Positions 23,558 through 30,663 of a stretch of 64,000 nt of DNA are shown here, in pieces. The notes beneath the pieces were generated by a model. The model was given only the letters and a program-made list of their open reading frames with translations, was not told the DNA's origin and searched no databases. This stretch comes from Bacteroidales bacterium (GTDB lineage: Bacteria > Bacteroidota > Bacteroidia > Bacteroidales > ML635J-15): assembly GCA_017620015.1 (NCBI GenBank), contig JAFZRE010000004.1:29627-93626 (forward strand), given 5' to 3'. Position numbers and translations under genes: made by a program. Position 1 is the first letter of the stretch. Each line of letters starts with the position of its first letter.

Positions 23558-25732
23558 TTAATTTTCATCAAAAAACTCAAAATAATTCGCTTTTAAGTAT
23601 GCCAATCGGTATTCGAGCATACAATCACCTACATATACCGACTTCATAGCCAAATTTTCCCAGCGTTTAAGCATTTCCCAAAATTCATCTATGCTATCGA
23701 CACTAAAACCTCTCTCAAATCCTCTTCGGACAAATTCTTCTTTTTGGAACAGCAAATCATCAATTGAATCCAATATGTCATTATACAGTTTCAATGCCAT
23801 ATTGGAATTATAACCCAACACATCAATAAGCAACTGATACAATTGCTCCCTGTATAAAGGCATTCCACCAGTAGGTTTGAATATTGCCTCAACAGCGGGA
23901 GACGGATACATTTTTTGTGGATTGTTCTTCTCCGAAATGTATTCTGCTACAATTTGTTTCCATTGAGGACGTCCGGCAACAGCCCACAAGTCAACCAATT
24001 CACAAAAAGAAACTCTGTTAAGTTGTTTTAGGTAAGGCATTATGCTTTCGACAGGCAACAAATAATCGCCACTGCAAATCAAGTCAAATGTAGACTTGTC
24101 GTTCATTGGAATATCTTCGGCGCGTATGTCGTAACCGTTCTTGTCTTTAATCCGCTTCAATATCTCATCGATTCTCGACAATTTATCTTCGTTATATATT
24201 CCAATGGCGCAAACTTCGGAACAATCTATTTCATACATCTTGTACTGAGAAACAATATTATCGCCCACACGGCACAACGGCAGTTTCGACATCATATCGT
24301 TTGCACAAATAAGCACACTGCTATACGAAACCCAGTCTTGCCTTACAGTTCCCTCCAAAATTGCAATATTGTTTATGCAGTTGTTCTTCAACGAGTTTTC
24401 TTTCCACGGCACAAAAGAAACTGCTCCTGCAAAATTTTCACTCCCATACTTTTCTGTAAGGTATCTACTAATCTTTCCAATGTCATCAATCCCAACTTCC
24501 ATAGCAATAGGCAAGTGGTTTGCATCCTTGAAAAACAACCAATTCGTAAGTCCATATTTTATCGGGTCAATATCGGTTAAGTGCAAACAGTAGCAAACAA
24601 TAGAACCATTCATAAATCCACGCCCCCTGACCTGCAAACCGAGTTCAATTCTTATTGACTTGTAAATGTCATATACAAGCAACATGTAGTCGGCGAAATT
24701 TTTGTTTTCCGTCAAATACTTCATTTCTTCTTCGATACGGTTGAGCACTTCGGCAGGAATTGTTTTCCCATAATGCGCCATAGCACCCTGCATCACCAAG
24801 AATTTCAAATATTCCTTGCTGTTTTCAAAATCGTTGGGAACGGACGCTTCTAGACAACTATCGTGCAAGGAAAGAATATCCACATCCACCTTGTCCACAA
24901 TTTCCCGAACATTGTATATTGCTTCGGGAATGTCGGCAAACAACTCTGCCATTTCCTCTGGCGACTTTAGATATTCCTGTCCTGTATAGTGAATGCCAGT
25001 ACGCAACTTCTTGTACTTTCGCGAGAAGTTCATAAATTCATCCTGAGCATCGGCATCTTCGGCATTAATAAAATGCACATCGTTGGTTGCAATAATATTA
25101 GCGCCGTGCCTGTTCGCTAATCTCAAAAGGACCTCGTTTACATACTGCTGTGTGCGATAAGTTTCTGTGTCGCTTACATGGCGTTGCATCTCAATGTAGA
25201 AATCATAACCAAACAAATCCATATACCACAACAGAACTTTCTCTGCTTCATCTTCCCTGCCATCGATAATAAGGCGCGGAATTTCGCCTCCTAGACAAGC
25301 GGAACAAGCAATTATACCCTCGTGATACTTTTCAAGCATTTTGTGGTCGATGCGTGGAATCCGATTGAAGCCTTCGAGATAACCGAGCGAACTAAGTCGG
25401 CACAAATTTCTGTAACCGACTTCCGACTTCGCCAGCAAAACCAAATGGCGAACCGAACTATTGTCGTGCGCGGTCTCCAAATCTTCAACTATGTACGCCT
25501 CCGTACCAGGAATAAACTTGAACGAAGAATCAATGCGACCTCGTTCCTTTTGCTTTTGGACAAATTTTGCCATCTCCATAACGGCCTTCATACTGCCGTG
25601 GTCGGTAATGGCAATTGCATTCATACCAAGTTCAACACTACGCCGAATCAATTCGTCCGGCTTACAAATTGCATCAATCTCCGAATAAATGGAGTGAACA
25701 TGCAAGTGGGAAAATTTTATTTCTCTTTTCAT
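23558..25732 (-). CDS. DnaE (Pol III alpha)-derived protein: intact PHP domain, degenerate polymerase active site, C-terminally truncated architecture
   Basis: HLHVHS, AITDHG, PGTEAY, HLVLLA, CSAC and ATNDVHF match the PHP metal-ligand motifs. ELFADIPEA and [21 protein letters not shown] are colinear with DnaE. [9 protein letters not shown] replaces MPDFDVDF and AIGIYNE replaces KFDFLGL. The ORF ends at ..[14 protein letters not shown], the equivalent of the end of the fingers domain. Confidence 0.75.
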   Translation of the reverse strand: [724 protein letters not shown]

Positions 25733-26206
25733 AACAAAAAAAATCTATCCCTATTCAATACGATTTCGAAATTTAAAACTGGACAACGGAAGGCATTTTG
25801 GGGGCTAAATCGCCTATTTTTGCCTGTTTTTGAAATGTGAAAATTTGTATTTATATTATTATGATTATTTTTTAATAGTAAAAACAACCAAATTGCGTAT
25901 AATATTTTTCAAGGATGGCAAAAACAGGCATTTTTGGGCACTTTTTGGGGTAAAAATAGCCCAAAACTTACGACATATTTTGTCACAAAAAGGCAAATTC
26001 TTCGCGAAAACAGGAAAAATCGGGAAAAAGCAGATTTTTTTAGAGTAGTAAGGCTATGATTATTTTCAATAGCATCACAATCATTTGCACTCGCCAAACA
26101 AAACAAAAATGCGCACTCCATTGCGCACATTTTGCAAAATATTGCGCAGTCTATTGCGCAGTTTTGAACCCCCGAAGTGCTCAAACTGCTAAATTCTCAG
26201 CTGTAT

Positions 26207-27430
26207 CTATTCCTTTTTGTCCACAGTTGCCTGCTTGTTCGGCCCTCTTCTATAGTGCCGTCTGTTAGGACGCTTCTGGGGGGAGGCGCCGCTTGTAATA
26301 TCCTTTGTTTTCTGCGGTTTTTCATCGTCAATGCCACGCGTAAGCTTGCGGACAATCTTGTACTCCGACAGAAATTCCTTCGCCACCACGCGCAACACGG
26401 TATAGACAGGGATTGCAAGCATCATACCCACAATGCCATAGAGCGTTCCTGCCACAATTATCACAACGAAAATCTCGAGTGGATGGGCGTTTACACTGCG
26501 CGAATAGAAGAACGGCTGGAAGACAAAGTCATCAATCAGCCTTACAACAACAACCGTTATCAGCAAGCCGTAAATCTGCGGCATAGTGTAGGTGTAGAAG
26601 TCGAGGTTCACATTGGCGGCACCAATGAAAGCGATTCCGATTGCCGCGCCAATCCACGGTCCGATGTACGGGATAATGTTGAGGAAACCGCAGAGCATAC
26701 CAATCAGCAGCGAAAGTCCAAAGTTCTGTCCGCAAATCAGCATTCCGATGGTTATCAATGTTGTAACCGACAGCATCTCGAAGAAAATCCCATGTAGGTA
26801 GTTCTTGATGAGCTTCGGAAGCTTGTCGAGGATATGGGTTGCCTTTTCCTCGTAGCGAGTTGGCACAAGCGCCATAATCAGGCTGCGGAAAAGTTTGGTC
26901 TCCTTGAGGAAGAAATAGGTGAAGAATGTTATCGAAAACAGCGACAAAAACAGCGCGATTGCCGTGCTTCCAAGGTTGCCGGCAATGTTGCCGAGCGCCG
27001 AGAAGTTGATGACATCCTTTACATTTTCAATAATTACATCTTCGGTCGAAAATTCGGGCATCCCGAAAATAGGGTACGAGCGTACAAACTCGTCAATCTT
27101 TTGAATAGGCTGGCTAAGACCTGCCTGCAGGCTTTCGATGTCGATGTTCTGGAACTGTGCAATCTGCTTACCGACAAACGGAACTGTCAGCACAACAAAC
27201 AGAACTAGCACACCCCATATAAGTATGGTGGTAATCATTGCCGACACCCAGCGAGGCATCTGGAAGCGACCGAAATGAATCTTGTCCAAAAGTTTTACAA
27301 TCGGGCTCGAAATTGCCGCTATGAAACCAGCAATTAGCAGCCACCACACTATGTTGGAAAAATATATACAGAACAGCACAAGAATTGCTGCGCCAATAAG
27401 TCCTATGATATATTTGCGGTATTTCTCCAT
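26207..27430 (-). CDS. AI-2E family (PerM/YhhT/TqsA-like, UPF0118) transporter
   Basis: About 8 TM segments, the family-typical C-terminal segment ..GIVGMMLAIPVYTVLRVVAKEFL.., and a basic cytoplasmic tail. Confidence 0.75.
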   Translation of the reverse strand: MEKYRKYIIGLIGAAILVLFCIYFSNIVWWLLIAGFIAAISSPIVKLLDKIHFGRFQMPRWVSAMITTILIWGVLVLFVVLTVPFVGKQIAQFQNIDIESLQAGLSQPIQKIDEFVRSYPIFGMPEFSTEDVIIENVKDVINFSALGNIAGNLGSTAIALFLSLFSITFFTYFFLKETKLFRSLIMALVPTRYEEKATHILDKLPKLIKNYLHGIFFEMLSVTTLITIGMLICGQNFGLSLLIGMLCGFLNIIPYIGPWIGAAIGIAFIGAANVNLDFYTYTMPQIYGLLITVVVVRLIDDFVFQPFFYSRSVNAHPLEIFVVIIVAGTLYGIVGMMLAIPVYTVLRVVAKEFLSEYKIVRKLTRGIDDEKPQKTKDITSGASPQKRPNRRHYRRGPNKQATVDKKE

Positions 27431-27434
27431 ATTT

Positions 27435-28646
27435 CTATTTTTCTGTTGTATTGTTTTCGTCTGAATTTTCCTTGCCTTTGGTGTTCTTCATAAAAAGCGA
27501 GAAGAAGGCGCCTGTCGGACAGAGGAAAGTACACCACGGACGGTTTATGAATATCGAAAGCACAAGCATCACACCTGCCAAAATCAGCACTGCCAGCGAA
27601 GCAAACTGGAACTTGAATGCCGAGAAAGGCTCAAAGTTCTCGATGCTGATGTCAAGCGAAGTACAGAGCAATGCTCCTAGTGCTACAAGCAGAACATAAC
27701 GCAGGTAGCGCAGCCATTTTGCAACTTTGGGCGAAATTTTCAGCTTGTGCTTGGGATTTACCTTGCCGACAAGTTCCTGGCAAGCCCCGAACGGACAAAC
27801 ATACATGCAATAGAATTGTTTGCCTAGGAAAAGCGGAGCAATAATTCCAGCTACAAGCACAATGAACAGGAAAATTTCCATCTGCCAGTTAACACCCGAA
27901 ACAAGCCATGCCGACAATTTTGCAATGCTGATGAACTGTCCGAGCCAGAAGCCAAGTATTCCGATTGATGCCAGTAGCAGTACGATGCGGAATTTCCTTG
28001 TGCGCTGTGGTTCCCAGAAGCAGAATCCAGCGAACAGCAGGAATACCATCGAGGCGATGAATTCCACGAGGTTGCCCATATTCTCCGTTTCGGCAGAAGT
28101 TGTGGCACTGCCGGCGTATGTTTCGAGGCGAATTCGTAACGATTTCGATATTGCCGAACTAGAATAGGTCGCACCAGTCACAGCATCAACAACTTTTGCT
28201 TTTGCCTCGTCGATCGAAAGACCATTCCAGCTTTCGAGGAAACCTTTTGCCACTACGCGGTCGAGGAAGGATGGCGTTTCGTTGTTGTCGAGCAGATGTA
28301 CTTTCTGCACTTTGTCATCGGGCGAAAGTAGCACTACAAGCGGAATATTTCCAGCATAGCCCTTTATGTCGGCACAGTATGGCATCGAGAAAAGAGCTTT
28401 GCCTACCAGTTTTTCCGACTTGTCGTAAAGCAGGTAGCAGTCGTTGTCGGCTGTATATTCGTAGTACGAGAAATTTTCAACTATTTCGGCAAAGCAGGCT
28501 GTTGAATCACCAAGTTCGGCAATGCGTTCGGGCTGCTTTGTTCCTATTTCGTAGTTGAACACCTTGCCCGATGTCAGGCAGATAGCCACGGCAAAGACGA
28601 GAAGGAGTCCTATTTTGATGAAACGGTTCATAAAATGATATTGCAA
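27435..28646 (-). CDS. Membrane FMN-binding / 4Fe-4S (polyferredoxin, NosR/NapH-like) protein
   Basis: FMN_bind flavinylation-type motif VDAVTGATYSSSAI. TM segments carry CMYVCPFGACQ and CTFLCPTGAF cysteine motifs. An alternative start, MNRFIKIG.., lies at 28631. Confidence 0.75.
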   Translation of the reverse strand: MQYHFMNRFIKIGLLLVFAVAICLTSGKVFNYEIGTKQPERIAELGDSTACFAEIVENFSYYEYTADNDCYLLYDKSEKLVGKALFSMPYCADIKGYAGNIPLVVLLSPDDKVQKVHLLDNNETPSFLDRVVAKGFLESWNGLSIDEAKAKVVDAVTGATYSSSAISKSLRIRLETYAGSATTSAETENMGNLVEFIASMVFLLFAGFCFWEPQRTRKFRIVLLLASIGILGFWLGQFISIAKLSAWLVSGVNWQMEIFLFIVLVAGIIAPLFLGKQFYCMYVCPFGACQELVGKVNPKHKLKISPKVAKWLRYLRYVLLVALGALLCTSLDISIENFEPFSAFKFQFASLAVLILAGVMLVLSIFINRPWCTFLCPTGAFFSLFMKNTKGKENSDENNTTEK

Positions 28647-28987
28647 TTATTTTTTTCAATCAAGTCTTCAATATCTTTTTTCAGAGCAGGAATATGTTTT
28701 ATTACCAAACTCCACAAAAATTCAGGTGTAACGCTATCATAACCATGAATAACCCTGTTCCTCGTCTGAATAATAGCCTTTGATTCTGGCAATAGAAATT
28801 TTTCATCTCTTTGAGCAATACACCCCATTGCTTCTCCCATAATCTCAACATTCCGTTCAACGGCGCGAATTTTCATAGTGTCATGCCTAAATTCTTCAAA
28901 TATTTTGGGCTTATCTGCGAAAAACAATTCTACTTCTTTGCAGGCATTCCAAATATCAACTAGGCATGTAAGTATATACTCATCCAT
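28628..28987 (-). CDS. hepT: HepT (DUF86) RNase toxin of a type VII MNT/HepT module
   Basis: R-x4-H-x-Y motif in ..TRNRVIHGYDSV... The start, MDEYILT.. at 28987, overlaps the MNT stop within ATGGATGA (8-nt overlap). The ORF-track start at 29053 would overlap MNT by 74 nt. Confidence 0.8.
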   Translation of the reverse strand: MDEYILTCLVDIWNACKEVELFFADKPKIFEEFRHDTMKIRAVERNVEIMGEAMGCIAQRDEKFLLPESKAIIQTRNRVIHGYDSVTPEFLWSLVIKHIPALKKDIEDLIEKNNCNIIL

Positions 28988-29279
28988 ATATCTGCTTTTT
29001 TGTGTTGTCAATATTTCTGCGCAATACTGCATTATGTATTCCAGCATCCTCAATAAGGTCGATTTCTCTGCACAACAGAAGCGACAAACTTTCTTTAAGA
29101 TTCAAATAATTGTCTGCATAATCGTATGCAGAAATGTCTTTAAAGGATACAAGCATATCAACATCGCTATCGCTATTGAACCTGTCGGTAAGAACCGAAC
29201 CAAATACAAAAAGACTACTTACATTGTGGGAACGGCACAATGCAGAAATGCTATCAATATTCGACTCAATAATGTTCAT
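28980..29279 (-). CDS. mntA: MNT (MntA-like) nucleotidyltransferase antitoxin
   Basis: FVFGSVLTDRFNSDSDVDMLV matches the GS-x10-D-x-D minimal NTase motif. It is 99 aa and lies directly upstream of HepT. Confidence 0.8.
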   Translation of the reverse strand: MNIIESNIDSISALCRSHNVSSLFVFGSVLTDRFNSDSDVDMLVSFKDISAYDYADNYLNLKESLSLLLCREIDLIEDAGIHNAVLRRNIDNTKKQIYG

Positions 29280-29289
29280 ATTGCAAAAA

Positions 29290-29550
29290 TTATTCGTAGT
29301 GCCCCTTCATGGCGAGAACCATTATATGATCGCTATGAACCTCATACACTATGCGGTTTCCTTGGTTGATATGACGAGACCATACACCAGAAAGTTCATG
29401 TTTCAGTTGTTCTGGTTTTCCAATACCAGTAGTAGGATGCTCCGCAATGTCGTCAAGAAGACTGGAGATTTTGCGCATAATGGATTTCTGCCCACTCTGT
29501 CTCCAAAAGTCACGGTGTTCCAGTGCCGTTTCGGTATACCTTATTTCCAT
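29290..29550 (-). CDS. yoeB: Txe/YoeB-family mRNA interferase toxin
   Basis: ..GIGKPEQLKHELSGVWSRHINQGNRIVYEV..KGHYE is colinear with E. coli YoeB (..[28 protein letters not shown]..RYHY). Confidence 0.85.
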   Translation of the reverse strand: MEIRYTETALEHRDFWRQSGQKSIMRKISSLLDDIAEHPTTGIGKPEQLKHELSGVWSRHINQGNRIVYEVHSDHIMVLAMKGHYE

Positions 29551-29750
29551 AAGTCTTCGGTTCTTATGGTCTTGTACTTGCCTTCCCGTGCTTCTTTTTG
29601 GCTGCGCTTTATCATTGCTACATATTCTGGATTGTATGGTTTTTCTTCCTTGGCGATGTCCTTGCGTTTCGCCCCATACTTTTCAAGCAATGCAATGAGA
29701 TCCTGCATCAACTTGTTTCTTCCATCATATTCAAGTGTTATCGTTGCCAT
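29541..29750 (-). CDS. Antitoxin partner of YoeB (DUF2683-like)
   Basis: This 69-aa ORF overlaps the toxin start by 10 nt. The pattern ..ITLEYDGRN..PYNPEYVAMIKRS..GKYKTIRTEDLW is as remembered for Bacteroidota DUF2683 antitoxins. Confidence 0.65.
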   Translation of the reverse strand: MATITLEYDGRNKLMQDLIALLEKYGAKRKDIAKEEKPYNPEYVAMIKRSQKEAREGKYKTIRTEDLWK

Positions 29751-29775
29751 ATTTTTCTCCCAGTTTATTTTGTTG

Positions 29776-29783
29776 CAAATTTA
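29776..29783 (-). promoter_or_regulatory. Candidate -7 box (TAAATTTG on the minus strand) for the toxin-antitoxin / redox / transporter gene string
   Basis: The plus strand reads CAAATTTA. It lies 25 nt upstream of the antitoxin ATG at 29750. Confidence 0.4.
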
Positions 29784-29808
29784 CATAATTTTTTCAAATA
29801 TCACTCTG

Positions 29809-30513
29809 TCATATTATGAAAATACAAGGTTTTTTGTTTAAATCAAGTTTTTCTCGCTTCCACTCGGCGATGGATTTTGTGCAGATAAACTCGTCGTCGG
29901 AAGTAATATTGAGAGCGATACAAAGCATTGTCTGTGGCGAAAGCGTTGCCTTCAGGTCGTCGAGCAGACGGTTGTTGCGGTAGGGCGTGTCCATGAATAT
30001 CTGCGACTGGCCTTCCTTTCGCGAACGGGCCTCCAAATCGCGCAACTTGCGGGTGCGTTCTGGCTGGTCGATGGGAATGTAGCCGTTGAATGCAAAGTTC
30101 TGTCCGTTCAGTCCCGAAGCCATCAGCGCCATCATCATAGAACAAGGACCGACAAGCGGCACGACCTTAATCCCCTTGCGATGAGCCATTGCCACAATCA
30201 CATTTCCCGGGTCGGCGACGCAGGGAAGTCCAGCTTCGCTGATAAGTCCGATGTTTTCACCATTTTCGGCAGCATCAAGGTAGTTGGAAATGTCGGTGTC
30301 GATGGTGTGCTTGTTGAGTTCGTAGAAGGTTGTCGAGTCGATGTCAACCTCACGGTTAAGCTGGCGCAGATAGCGACGCACAGTACGCACGTCCTCCACA
30401 ATGTAGTGCTTTATGGTTGGCACTAGCGCCACAAGTCTCTGTGGCACAACCTCGTCAAGCGGAGCCTCGCTTATCTTGTTGGGTATGAGATATAGAATAC
30501 CTTTTGAATCCAT
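29809..30513 (-). CDS. SAM-dependent methyltransferase, tetrapyrrole-methylase/RsmI-like fold
   Basis: GLISEAGLPCVADPGNVIV resembles the RsmI motif SDAGTP.ISDPG. The start is set at MDSKGILYLIPN (30513), because a -7 box (30534-30541) lies inside the longer ORF. Confidence 0.7.
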   Translation of the reverse strand: MDSKGILYLIPNKISEAPLDEVVPQRLVALVPTIKHYIVEDVRTVRRYLRQLNREVDIDSTTFYELNKHTIDTDISNYLDAAENGENIGLISEAGLPCVADPGNVIVAMAHRKGIKVVPLVGPCSMMMALMASGLNGQNFAFNGYIPIDQPERTRKLRDLEARSRKEGQSQIFMDTPYRNNRLLDDLKATLSPQTMLCIALNITSDDEFICTKSIAEWKREKLDLNKKPCIFII

Positions 30514-30533
30514 CGTAAAACTATTACAATTTG

Positions 30534-30541
30534 CAAAAATA
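30534..30541 (-). promoter_or_regulatory. Candidate -7 box (TATTTTTG on the minus strand)
   Basis: The plus strand reads CAAAAATA. It lies 20 nt upstream of the ATG at 30513. Confidence 0.4.
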
Positions 30542-30636
30542 GGGAAAAAACATGGCATAACTTGTATGCATAAGTTTTTTTCTTCACTTTTTGTTTTTTA
30601 TATCAAAAAACTCAACCGCCAAAGCACAATTATTTT

Positions 30637-30644
30637 TAATTTTG
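30637..30644 (+). promoter_or_regulatory. Candidate -7 box (TAATTTTG) for leuS
   Basis: It lies 19 nt upstream of the ATG at 30664. Confidence 0.45.
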
Positions 30645-30663
30645 CGACTTAAAATTTTAGAAG

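Noticed and set aside
25830-26268. Small ORFs in the 474-bp spacer (72, 91 and 70 aa)
   Set aside because: The translations are low in complexity and driven by repeats (K/F/I-rich or C/A-rich). The ORFs overlap one another on both strands and are more likely non-coding repeat DNA.
26177-26797. 206-aa plus-strand ORF
   Set aside because: It is antisense to the AI-2E transporter gene, and its composition is dictated by the opposite strand.
29134-29841. 235-aa plus-strand ORF across the toxin-antitoxin island
   Set aside because: It is antisense to four short genes with clear toxin and antitoxin motifs (MNT, YoeB, the antitoxin and the methylase 3' end), and has no motifs of its own.
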